A DNA stretch of 62,072 nucleotides, filler included, from 5 parts of 5 records of this genome joined end to end with filler, not necessarily neighbours in it, one strand, 5' to 3'; numbered from the whole stretch's first letter, positions 28,677 through 37,509 are shown. Translations and numbers: made by a program. Notes: generated from the sequence alone by a model not told the origin.

Positions 28677-28716
28677 AAATTCCGTGACGGAATTTGGCGA
28701 GGGCGCGCGCCCTCGC
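28677..28716. repeat. Two adjacent perfect palindromes (REP-like)
   Basis: AAATTCCGT-G-ACGGAATTT (28677-28695) and GCGAGGGCGCGCGCCCTCGC (28697-28716). Confidence 0.6.
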
Positions 28717-28745
28717 GCCCGCCCGTTCTCCGCGTCAGTCAAAAT

Positions 28746-28776
28746 AAAAACCCCGTCCGTGTGAGACGGGGTTTTT
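28746..28776. terminator. Bidirectional intrinsic terminator
   Basis: AAAAA-CCCCGTC-loop-GACGGGG-TTTTT between convergent genes. Confidence 0.88.
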
Positions 28777-28798
28777 CGTTACTGTCGGGACATGATCC

Positions 28799-30313
28799 TC
28801 AGCGCGAGGCGATCTGAATTGCAGGCCGTCCGATCGGGCCTTCGGAATTCAGCAAGCCAGCATAGGTGCCATCCATCAGCAAGTCTTGCAGATCGACGGC
28901 GCGGCCATCGACAAAGGCAGTGCGGCTGATCAGGCGGATGCCGTGGCTGTAATCGGCATATTCGGCGCCGTGCACGGTGGACAGCGGCTGGATCGGGTTT
29001 CCGCCGGGACGGTGCCAGCCATAGATCGCCACGCGGCCGGGCGCGCTGGACAGGCGGTTGGTCAGGACAAGATCCTTCTTGTGACCGGAAACCAGCATCC
29101 CAAGGCGGCCGCCCGCATTCTGACGCTGGCCTTCCACGGTGGCATTATGGCGCATGAAATAGGTGGTCGAGGACATCTGCGAGCCCGGCGTCATCGGCGA
29201 GGGCGACAGGCGCAGGTCGGCCTGTGCATAGATCGCGTCGACCATGCGTGTGGTCGGCAGCATCATGTTGAACTCTTCCGCCACCCGCGCAGCGGCGGTC
29301 AGGCCAAGCGGTACGCGCACGAAATCGCTGTCGCTGCCGACGGCCAGATAATCGGGCGTCACGCAAATGGTGATCTGGGCACTACGGCCATTGGGCAGGA
29401 CGCCGTTGAAGGTGACCGGCGCAAGGTCGCGCAGGAAGGCAGGCACATTGCCGCGCAGAATTTCGCGCGCGATGGCCGCATCGCGGGTGGTGCCCGACGC
29501 ATTCTCCAGCGAGGCGATGAAGGCCTGCCCGCCGGCGGCGCTGCCAGCACGGCGCGGGATTTCCCGCGACAGGCGTCGGGTGCAGGCATTGGCGCTGCGG
29601 TCAAAAGCGGGCCCAAGCGCGGCCGGTTCGTCCGGGGTCAGCGCGGCCAGGGTCACGTTTTCGGTCGGGTCGGTGGCACGGGCGACAAGGCTCGGGGCCG
29701 TGGTTACATCCAGATCGGCGGGGCGGACGGCGGGTCGCGGGCTGATGATGGTGGCCAGCGGCGAGGCGACTGCCAGTTCGATCACCGGCTGTTCGGGGGT
29801 CGGATCGAACGGGCGCTGTTCCGGGCGCAAGGCGGCGACATTCGCCGGGTCGCTAAAGCTGCGTGCGGCGGCGGCCAGTGCCACGATATGGGCGGGGCGT
29901 GGCACAGCCTCGACCGGTGGACGGCCAGCGATGATGGTCGGGGCAGGGTCTTGCGGGCGGGTGTCGATGGCGGGATCGGCCAGCACATAATCGCGGCCCG
30001 GTGCCATCGGCGGCAGCGCGGTCGGCATCAACCGTTCCGGCCCCTGATCGGCCCCTGCAATGGTCGCGCCCATGCCGTCGGTCACAGGCAGCGCCCCAAG
30101 GCTTGCCTGCGGGATCTCCACGCGGGCGGGTTCGATGCCAAGCGTGGCAATCCGAACCGCCGGGGCGATCTTGGTGACCGTGAGTGTCAGGATGGTCGCG
30201 CAGACAAGCGCCGAGGCCGCAAGCGTCGTGAGGACGGCTGCGGGCGACTCCATGAACTCAGGTTTGTTGTCAACGGCCCGCTGTCCCAGCAGGTCAAAAT
30301 ATCTGTCCCTCAT
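28799..30313 (-). CDS. Membrane-anchored hypothetical protein with Pro/Ala linker and a motif-rich C-terminal domain
   Basis: N-terminal TM segment; SPRPAVRP-type linker; PDYLAVGSD.DFVRVP, LPTTRMVDAIY, GHKKD, VAIYGWH, IQPLSTVH, YADYSHGIRL. Confidence 0.8.
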   Translation of the reverse strand: MRDRYFDLLGQRAVDNKPEFMESPAAVLTTLAASALVCATILTLTVTKIAPAVRIATLGIEPARVEIPQASLGALPVTDGMGATIAGADQGPERLMPTALPPMAPGRDYVLADPAIDTRPQDPAPTIIAGRPPVEAVPRPAHIVALAAAARSFSDPANVAALRPEQRPFDPTPEQPVIELAVASPLATIISPRPAVRPADLDVTTAPSLVARATDPTENVTLAALTPDEPAALGPAFDRSANACTRRLSREIPRRAGSAAGGQAFIASLENASGTTRDAAIAREILRGNVPAFLRDLAPVTFNGVLPNGRSAQITICVTPDYLAVGSDSDFVRVPLGLTAAARVAEEFNMMLPTTRMVDAIYAQADLRLSPSPMTPGSQMSSTTYFMRHNATVEGQRQNAGGRLGMLVSGHKKDLVLTNRLSSAPGRVAIYGWHRPGGNPIQPLSTVHGAEYADYSHGIRLISRTAFVDGRAVDLQDLLMDGTYAGLLNSEGPIGRPAIQIASR

Positions 30314-30459
30314 GGCAAAAGGGATACACCCACATTTTTAACGAAACAAGAATGCCAGTCGGATTAAGGCAGCCCCGCCACATTTGCGGCGGAAATCTGC
30401 CGTTTTGCTGCAAGTGCGAGCGATTTTCTGCGTGTGCGAAATGGCGGGAGCTGTGACGT

Positions 30460-31194
30460 TCAGATGCTGGTCTTCTTGAAAACCATCTCGGGCACCGCGC
30501 AGATGATCGACATAACAAGCCACCAGATCGGCCGTACGTATATGATATTGCGCCGTTTTTCCACGGCCTTGACGATGGCCGCCGCAACCTCGTCCGGTTC
30601 TGCCGTCAGCCTGGCAGGCAAGTCCAGATGGGCGGTCATGGCAGTGTTCACGAAACCGGGTTTGATCGTCACCACATGTACATTCTGCTTGGCCAAGCGG
30701 TTACGCAGACCCGACAGGAACGCGGTGAAGCCCGCCTTGGCCGATCCGTAGACATAGTTCGACGCCCGCCCACGGTCGCCCGCGACGGAACTGATTCCCA
30801 CCAATGTGCCCGATCCCCGGTTAACAAACCGTTCCGCCAGCACCCCGAAAACGATCGCGGGGCCCTCGAAATTGGATCGCAAGACCGCGACCGCCTTGGC
30901 CGGGTCTTTTTCGTTTTCGTCCTGCTCGCCCATGGTGCCAACGGCACAGATTGCGATGCGGGGCAGGACCGGCAGACCGTCGACGAACGCTTCATGCCCG
31001 TTCACATCAAGCGCGTCGAATTCATGCAAAGTGACCGCGACCCCGTACCGGGTTTCCAGATCGGCTTTCTCCAACTCCATGCTGTCTGCATCGCGGGCGG
31101 CCAGCTGGACGGGGTGGCCGAGCGCTGCGAAGGCACGGGCAGTGGCGCGGGCCATGTCGGACCGGGCGCCGAGGATCAGAACTGGTTGGGTCAC
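30460..31194 (-). CDS. SDR oxidoreductase, DprE2-like
   Basis: ILGARSDMARA, SSVAGDRGRASNYVYGSAKAG, KPGFVNTAMT; GTGA overlap with the upstream gene. Confidence 0.88.
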   Translation of the reverse strand: MTQPVLILGARSDMARATARAFAALGHPVQLAARDADSMELEKADLETRYGVAVTLHEFDALDVNGHEAFVDGLPVLPRIAICAVGTMGEQDENEKDPAKAVAVLRSNFEGPAIVFGVLAERFVNRGSGTLVGISSVAGDRGRASNYVYGSAKAGFTAFLSGLRNRLAKQNVHVVTIKPGFVNTAMTAHLDLPARLTAEPDEVAAAIVKAVEKRRNIIYVRPIWWLVMSIICAVPEMVFKKTSI

Positions 31195-32513
31195 AGGTAG
31201 AGCCTTTCGGATTGGGCCGAGGCGAAGGCGTCGGCAAGGCCGTTCTCCCTCCGCCACTGGGCAAATGCAGCGGCGCGGGGGTCGGCGGTGGCAAAGGTGT
31301 CAGCAGGAACCCGGCTGTCCTTGGCGAGGTAGAAGCGCCCGCCATGATCCAGCGTGATCGCGTCCAGTTCCGGCATCAATGCAATGGCACGGGGATGGCG
31401 GGGAAAATCGAGCGCCAGGGTGTAGCCTTCCATCGGGAAGGAAAACGGACTGTCCTGCGGGCCAAAGCGTTTCAGGACCGACAGGAACGACGCCTGGCCG
31501 GACTCGGAAATCGCTGACATCAGCCGGTGCAACCCTTCGCGCGCAGTGTCTTTCGGCAGGACGCATTGGAACTGCATGAACCCCTTGCGGCCATAAAGCC
31601 GGTTCCATTTCAGGATCGCGTCGAGAGGGTAGAAATAGCCGTCCCAATCGACGATGGACTGCCCCTCCTGCCGCGATCCGTTCCAGAAATAGAGCGCGTT
31701 GAAGGCCCGGACTGAAAGCGGGTTCAGCGCAAAGCCCGGCGCGTTCATCGGGAAGGTTTTCTTGCGGCGGCGGTTTGCTTGAAACGGGGTCGCGCGGAAG
31801 CGGGGCGGCACCTCGCCCGGTTCGATATGTTCCCCCAGCATCACCAGCGACCGGCCAAGCGCGTCGCCCTTGGCGGCGCAGTCGATCCAGGCCACGGAAT
31901 AGGTTGCGGCCATGTTGTCCTCGAACGCGGCAATGGCCTCGTCCAGATTGGCGGCGGGAATCATCGTCTGCCGAATCCAGCCCGATTTGACGGGCCGCAA
32001 CCGGATCGCACAGCGCAGGATGACGCCGGTCAGCCCCATGCCGCCGATGGTCCAGCCGAAAAGTTCCGGGTTTTCATCACGTGAACACCGGGTCACGGAC
32101 CCGTCCGGCCCCATCAGGTCGATCCAGTCCACACAGGCGCGGAAACTGCCGTCGATATGGTGGTTCTTGCCATGCACATCCGCCGCGATGGCGCCGCCCA
32201 GGGTAATCAGCTTGGTGCCCGGCGTGACCATGGGAAACCAGCCGCGCGGCAGGAAACTGTCGATCACATCGGCCAGCATCACGCCCGCCTCGGCCACCAA
32301 TTGCCCGGTCGACACATTGAAGGACAGCATCCGGTCGAAATGGCGCATGTCCAATGTGCGCGCCGCCCCGATGGCGCTGTCGCCGTAGGACCGCCCATTG
32401 CCGCGCGCGATGGCGTGGCCTTGCCTGACTTGCTCGGCCACCTCTGCCTCGGTTCGCGGCGCGGTCAGTTGTGTTGTGCGTTTCGGGAAGTTGCCCCATC
32501 CGGTCAGTTGCAT
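31191..32513 (-). CDS. FAD-binding oxidoreductase, DprE1-like
   Basis: RGNGRSYGD, VTPGTKLITLGGAIAADVHGKNHH, YSVAWID, FMQFQ, GGRFYLAKD; start at MQLTGWG. Confidence 0.9.
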   Translation of the reverse strand: MQLTGWGNFPKRTTQLTAPRTEAEVAEQVRQGHAIARGNGRSYGDSAIGAARTLDMRHFDRMLSFNVSTGQLVAEAGVMLADVIDSFLPRGWFPMVTPGTKLITLGGAIAADVHGKNHHIDGSFRACVDWIDLMGPDGSVTRCSRDENPELFGWTIGGMGLTGVILRCAIRLRPVKSGWIRQTMIPAANLDEAIAAFEDNMAATYSVAWIDCAAKGDALGRSLVMLGEHIEPGEVPPRFRATPFQANRRRKKTFPMNAPGFALNPLSVRAFNALYFWNGSRQEGQSIVDWDGYFYPLDAILKWNRLYGRKGFMQFQCVLPKDTAREGLHRLMSAISESGQASFLSVLKRFGPQDSPFSFPMEGYTLALDFPRHPRAIALMPELDAITLDHGGRFYLAKDSRVPADTFATADPRAAAFAQWRRENGLADAFASAQSERLYL

Positions 32514-32938
32514 CACGCCCCCTCTGCCTGCAAGCGGTCGTCGGTAAAGACGAAGCGGCGATCCAGCATGTATTTGGTCACATAGCCCACCATCAGGCCC
32601 AGAACGGCCCCAAGTTCCCGCATCGCATCGGTGCCCCAGATCAGCCAGAAGGCGGTTTCCGAGCCCCAGAAGATGCAGGTCGTGATCAGCCCCATGGCGG
32701 TATAAAGCGCAAACTTGCGGCTGTGCGCTTTCACGCCGGTGGACTGGTCGAAAAAGATCCAGCGCTTGTCCAGCACGTATTTCACCACCAGCCCCACCAG
32801 GGTTCCTGCGGCCACGGCCAGGGCGAAGATCACGGCGGTTTCGCCAAAGGCCAACACCATCCGTTGGGTTCCAAGATTTGCCACGGTCGCAATCACTGCA
32901 AACAGGGCATAGCGCAGGGCGAGGCTTGTTGTGCTCAT
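32513..32938 (-). CDS. GtrA family lipid-linked sugar flippase
   Basis: Four hydrophobic segments; KYVLDKRWIF and KYMLDRRFVF. Confidence 0.88.
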   Translation of the reverse strand: MSTTSLALRYALFAVIATVANLGTQRMVLAFGETAVIFALAVAAGTLVGLVVKYVLDKRWIFFDQSTGVKAHSRKFALYTAMGLITTCIFWGSETAFWLIWGTDAMRELGAVLGLMVGYVTKYMLDRRFVFTDDRLQAEGA

Positions 32939-34383
32939 AGGAAAAGGGCCCCTGCCGCGAGCGCCAGCATCGCAAGGAAGGTCGCCTGACTGGTGCGGTC
33001 GGTCACTGCGAAGACCATCGGGTCATCGTTCATCTTGCCCCTGTGGGTAACAAAGACCATCCGCGTAACCCAGAACATCAGCAATACACAGACCCCCCAC
33101 AGATAAGTGGGAGACAGATAGTTTTCGCGGATATCGGGCGTATTGATGTAAAGCGCCAGAACCAGCACCGACAAAAGGCCCGAACTGGTGGCGATCTGGG
33201 TGATGATCGGCAGATCCTCCAGCCCGTATCCCCTGCCCACGGCCTTTTCTTGCCCGGTGGATTTCAGATGCACCAGTTCCGCCTGCCGTTTGACGGCGGC
33301 AAGGGAGAAGAAGAAGAACATCGAGAAGGCCAGCAGCCACAGCGACAAGGGAATGCCGGTTGCCACGCCGCCCGCCACGATGCGCAGCGTGTAAAGCCCG
33401 GCCAGCACGCAGATATCGACGATCACCCGGCGCTTGAGCCAGAGCGAATAGCTCATCGTCATCAGGAAATAGAAGAAGATCACGCCAAGGAATTTAAGGC
33501 TGAGCGTGGCGGCGGTGGCGAGGCCTACGGCCAGCAGGATCGGGAACAGCACAGTGCCTTGTGGCACCTGCAATCGGCCCGAGGCCAGCGGGCGGCGGCA
33601 TTTGCGGGCATGCGCCCGGTCGGGACCAAGGTCCAGCAGGTCGTTCAGCACATAGCCGGATGAGGCCACAAGCCCGAATGCCAGAAACGCCAGCAGACAT
33701 TGAAGAAGGCTGGCAGCGCTGACGGAGTGATTGGCCATCACCGGGACGAAGACGAGGATGTTTTTCAGCCATTGATGCAGGCGCATTGCCTTGCTGATCG
33801 GAATCAGCGGATGTTCGGGCGGGCTGATATGCGTGACGTCGGCATTGACTGCGGCCACCTTCGCCCGAAACCCCTTGGTTGCGCCAACGGTCACGGCGGC
33901 TTTGGAGCGCGACCAGACCTTCAGGTCGGCATGGCTGTCGCCGACGTAGATATAACCACCTGGACCATAGTGGTTGTCCAGGAACTCGGCCTTGCGCTCG
34001 GCCTTCAGATTGTTGCCCGGTTCGCTTCCGAACACCTCGTCAAAGAGACCCAGATGTGCGGCGATCCGATCCGCGAGGATCTGGTCTGACGCTGTCACCA
34101 GTGCGGTCTTGCCGCCTTCGGCCCGCCACGCCTCGATATGGGCGATAACCTCGGCGTCGTAGGGCAGACGGGCGATATCGGGGCAGGACGTTTCAGCCAG
34201 CGCGCGTTTCAGCTCGGGGATGCCCTGGGACAGGGCCTTGGCGGCGATGAGCGGCGTGCGCCAGTTGCGCGCGGCACAGGCCCAGAAGCATTCGAACAGC
34301 ATATCCGAACGCAGCAATGTTCCGTCCAGATCGACGACCAGAACGCTGTCTTTGGTGCCGGAATCGCGCATCTTCCCGTTCAT
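32935..34383 (-). CDS. HAD-UbiA fusion, polyprenyl-phosphate phosphoribosyltransferase-like
   Basis: N-terminal VVDLDGTL...VTAS...YVGDS..D; C-terminal RLHQWLKN, YVLNDLLD..DRAH..K..RPLASG, MNDDP. Confidence 0.9.
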   Translation of the reverse strand: MNGKMRDSGTKDSVLVVDLDGTLLRSDMLFECFWACAARNWRTPLIAAKALSQGIPELKRALAETSCPDIARLPYDAEVIAHIEAWRAEGGKTALVTASDQILADRIAAHLGLFDEVFGSEPGNNLKAERKAEFLDNHYGPGGYIYVGDSHADLKVWSRSKAAVTVGATKGFRAKVAAVNADVTHISPPEHPLIPISKAMRLHQWLKNILVFVPVMANHSVSAASLLQCLLAFLAFGLVASSGYVLNDLLDLGPDRAHARKCRRPLASGRLQVPQGTVLFPILLAVGLATAATLSLKFLGVIFFYFLMTMSYSLWLKRRVIVDICVLAGLYTLRIVAGGVATGIPLSLWLLAFSMFFFFSLAAVKRQAELVHLKSTGQEKAVGRGYGLEDLPIITQIATSSGLLSVLVLALYINTPDIRENYLSPTYLWGVCVLLMFWVTRMVFVTHRGKMNDDPMVFAVTDRTSQATFLAMLALAAGALFL

Positions 34384-34596
34384 CTTCCCGGCTTGGGGCT
34401 GCCTTTGCGCACCTTCGCCGTCCTGCTCTGCATTTCGATTAATTTTATAAGGCCCGCGAAAGCTTGCATAGCGTTAAGGCATTGGCCAGCCGTTTCTGTG
34501 GTTTTCTTGGGAAAGGATGGGGCAAGACTGTCGACAGAGGTGGGCGGAATTGGCTAGGGTTTGGCTTGTATTTCAATTACAAACCGGTCTGCTGCC

Positions 34597-35676
34597 ATGA
34601 AAATTTCTCTTTCCTCCGCGCTTCCACGGGTTGCCATGACCCTTGCGCTATCCGTCAGCCCGCTGGCACTTGCCGCCCAAACCGCGTCTGAAACCGCCGC
34701 TGCACTATGCGCCGAGACGGCCGGTGTGCCCAATGCCGGTGTGCCGATCAGCCCAGAGGCGCAAGACGCGTTGGAAGCGGCGTTGGTTGAAGCCGCGCCC
34801 TATTGTGAACAGGCGTTGGAGGAGGGCAGCGAAGATCCGGTCGTGCTGTTCCATATCGGCGCGATCCGGCAGGCCAATGGCGATCATGAAGAGGCCGTGG
34901 CCGCGTTTGAGGCTGCCGCCGCCGCAGGGTTGGCTGCTGCAAATACCAAACTTGGCGATTATCACCTGTTCGGCATCGGTCCCCTGCGCCGCGATGCAGA
35001 CGAGGCTGCCGGCTATTTCGCCGCTGCCGCCGAAGGTGGCGACCCCGCCGGTCAGATGACGCTTGGCCTTTTGCACCGGATCGGCGCGGGCGTGCCGCGT
35101 GATACAGGGCGTATGGTGGAACTGATGCGCGATGCGGCTGATGGCGGCTATCACTTTGCCCAATATCGGCTTGGTCAGACTTATCTGACGGGCGATGGCA
35201 TTCCCGGTGGTGAAGATGCCTCGCTTGGCATTCCTGATCGGGACGAGGCCGCGCGCTATCTGTCGATGGCGGCCGAGCAAGGGAATATCGAGGCGGTGCT
35301 GGATCTCGCACGGATCTATTCCGAACTGGACGGCCCCGGCACCGGCGACGCGGAGCAGCAGTTCCGCTGGACAGAACGCGCGGTCGAGGCTGGTTTGCCC
35401 GATGCGGTGGCGGCGCTCGGCTTTCTTTACGAACGCGGGCGCGGGGTCGAGGCCGATCCGGAACAGGCGGCGGCGCTCTATGTGCAGGCGCTTGAAACCG
35501 GTGACGTGGATATGGACGACCTGCGCGGACGTATCGGCGGGTATGAGCCTCCCTGGGACCGGGCCACGGCAATTGCTTTCCAGGTGATCTTGCAGGACCG
35601 GGGGCTGTATCTCGGCGCGATTGACGGCATCATCGGCCCGATGTCACGGGCGGCTGCGGCGGCGCTGGACGACTAG
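34597..35676 (+). CDS. Secreted Sel1-repeat protein with C-terminal peptidoglycan-binding motif
   Basis: Repeated LG..Y..G.G...D...A...(F/Y)..AA..G units; ends LQDRGLYLGAIDGIIGPMSRAA. Confidence 0.85.
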   Translation: MKISLSSALPRVAMTLALSVSPLALAAQTASETAAALCAETAGVPNAGVPISPEAQDALEAALVEAAPYCEQALEEGSEDPVVLFHIGAIRQANGDHEEAVAAFEAAAAAGLAAANTKLGDYHLFGIGPLRRDADEAAGYFAAAAEGGDPAGQMTLGLLHRIGAGVPRDTGRMVELMRDAADGGYHFAQYRLGQTYLTGDGIPGGEDASLGIPDRDEAARYLSMAAEQGNIEAVLDLARIYSELDGPGTGDAEQQFRWTERAVEAGLPDAVAALGFLYERGRGVEADPEQAAALYVQALETGDVDMDDLRGRIGGYEPPWDRATAIAFQVILQDRGLYLGAIDGIIGPMSRAAAAALDD

Positions 35677-35984
35677 GGTGTCGTGATCTCGACATTTTGG
35701 CGCAGCTCGCCGCTGGCGCGGTCGAAAATCAGGATGCGGTCGTCATCTGTCACGACCGCATACCAGCCCTCGCCCATTGTGATCGCTCTGGCGCGCACTC
35801 CCTCAGGCAAGGTCACTTGATCGGGCAGGCTGACACCATCGCCACCCGGGAAACGGGTGACAAAGGTGATCACGACCGCTATCAGCCCGACAATCATCAC
35901 CACCGTCAGGACCGTCACGAGGATGCGCAGCACCCTCAGGTTCAGCGGGTCCTTGTCGTCCTCTGTCAACGGAGCGTCCTGCAT
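35673..35984 (-). CDS. DUF6476-like small membrane protein
   Basis: NLRVLRILVTVLTVVMIVG...LPDQVTLPEG...WYAVVTDDDRILIFDR; divergent from rluD. Confidence 0.78.
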   Translation of the reverse strand: MQDAPLTEDDKDPLNLRVLRILVTVLTVVMIVGLIAVVITFVTRFPGGDGVSLPDQVTLPEGVRARAITMGEGWYAVVTDDDRILIFDRASGELRQNVEITTP

Positions 35985-37017
35985 GTCCGGCCTTTCGTCC
36001 AAGATCGTCTCGGTCCGTATTGGCCCGGACCCTGCACCGCGCCTTGATAAGGCACTGGCCCGCGATGTGCCAGAGGACGCGTCACTCAGCCGGTCGCGGC
36101 TGGCGAAACTGATCGCCGAGGGCATGGTGTCCGTGAATGGCGCGGTTGTGACCGACGCCAAGGCGAAGCTGGCCGAGGATGATCTGGTCGAAATCACGGT
36201 GGAAGAAGCCGCCGATGTCGCCACGCTGCCAGAAGATATCCCTCTGGAGATTCTCTATGAAGACGACGACCTGATCGTCATCAACAAACCCGTGGGCATG
36301 GTGGTGCATCCGGCCCCCGGTACGCCGTCGGGCACATTGGTCAACGCGCTGCTGCACCATTTTGGCGGCAACCTGTCCGGCGTCGGCGGCGAAAAGCGTC
36401 CGGGTATCGTCCACCGGATCGACAAGGACACGTCCGGCCTGCTGGTCGTTGCCAAATCTGACCGCGCCCATCACGGGCTTGCCGCACAGTTTGAAAAGCA
36501 CACAGTTGACCGCCACTATCTGGCGCTTTGCCATGGCGAACCCGATGCGTCCGACCCCCGGTTGAGGGGGGTCAGAGGCACCAGTTTCGAAATGGGCGGC
36601 ATCCTTAAAATCACCACCCAACTGGCACGCCACAAGACCGACCGGCAGCGGCAGGCGGTGCTGTTTTCCGGCGGTCGCCACGCGGTCACGCGGGCGCGGG
36701 TTGAAGAAGGGTTCGGTGCCGTGGCGCTGATCAATTGCTGGCTGGAAACCGGACGCACCCACCAGATCCGGGTGCATCTGTCCCATGCCGGTCACGCCTT
36801 GGTGGGGGATCAGACCTATGGCGGGCGGCGCAAGGTGGCCCCGAAGGTGATGGGCGAATCCCTGGCGGCAGAGCTGAACAGCTTTCCCCGGCAGGCGCTG
36901 CACGCGGCAACGCTTGGCTTTGTGCATCCGGTCAGCGGCGACTACCTGAGCTTCGAGGCCCCCTTGCCGGAAGACATGGCGACAATCCTCGAAAAACTCC
37001 GCGAAACTGCCCGCTAA
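35983..37017 (+). CDS. rluD: RluA-family pseudouridine synthase RluD
   Basis: S4 domain RLDKAL; NKPVGMVVHP, HRIDKDTSG, LETGRTHQIRVH, RQALHA. Confidence 0.95.
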   Translation: MSGLSSKIVSVRIGPDPAPRLDKALARDVPEDASLSRSRLAKLIAEGMVSVNGAVVTDAKAKLAEDDLVEITVEEAADVATLPEDIPLEILYEDDDLIVINKPVGMVVHPAPGTPSGTLVNALLHHFGGNLSGVGGEKRPGIVHRIDKDTSGLLVVAKSDRAHHGLAAQFEKHTVDRHYLALCHGEPDASDPRLRGVRGTSFEMGGILKITTQLARHKTDRQRQAVLFSGGRHAVTRARVEEGFGAVALINCWLETGRTHQIRVHLSHAGHALVGDQTYGGRRKVAPKVMGESLAAELNSFPRQALHAATLGFVHPVSGDYLSFEAPLPEDMATILEKLRETAR

Positions 37018-37109
37018 ACTGTGCGCAATTGCACGTGAGAAGCCTGTAACATCCATTGCGGTGCGCGGGCTTCTCGGAATATTGTCTTCAGGAATTCGTT
37101 GGCAGACCT

Positions 37110-37138
37110 CTTGAAAGGCTCCGTTAACGCTCCCATCT
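37110..37138 (+). promoter_or_regulatory. Sigma-32-type promoter upstream of rpoH
   Basis: CTTGAA-N16-CCCATCT. Confidence 0.6.
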
Positions 37139-37194
37139 TAGGTTAAGTTAATCAGATTTACATCTGAGGATGTCGAACAGGGGATCCGAAATAC

Positions 37195-37407
37195 ATGAGC
37201 AGCTATGCAAATCTCCCGGCACCGTCGCCGGAACAGGGCCTGAACCGCTACCTTCAGGAAATCCGCAAGTTTCCAATGCTGGAACCGGAACAGGAATACA
37301 TGCTTGCCAAACGGTGGGTGGACCACGAAGACACTGATGCCGCGCATCAGATGGTGACATCGCACCTGCGTCTGGCCGCCAAGATCGCCATGGGCTATCG
37401 CGGCTAT
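37195..37407 (+). CDS. rpoH: RNA polymerase sigma factor RpoH (3' truncated)
   Basis: GLNRYLQEIRKFPMLEPEQEYMLAKRW...VTSHLRLAAKIAMGYRGY. Confidence 0.95.
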
Positions 37408-37507
37408 NNNNNNNNNNNNNNNNNNNNNNNNNNNNNNNNNNNNNNNNNNNNTTAATTAATTAANNNNNNNNNNNNNNNNNNNNNNNNNNNNNNNNNNNNN
37501 NNNNNNN
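37408..37507. other. Artificial contig linker
   Basis: N44-TTAATTAATTAA-N44. Confidence 0.98.
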
Positions 37508-37509
37508 GC

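Noticed and set aside
27673-30313. Possible diversity-generating retroelement targeting the CLec/FGE-fold genes
   Set aside because: No reverse transcriptase and no TR/VR repeat pair seen in the contig.
18220-34383. GT61 as the missing arabinosyltransferase for the Araf operon
   Set aside because: It is on a different contig, possibly a different organism, and GT61 enzymes use nucleotide sugars rather than lipid-linked donors.
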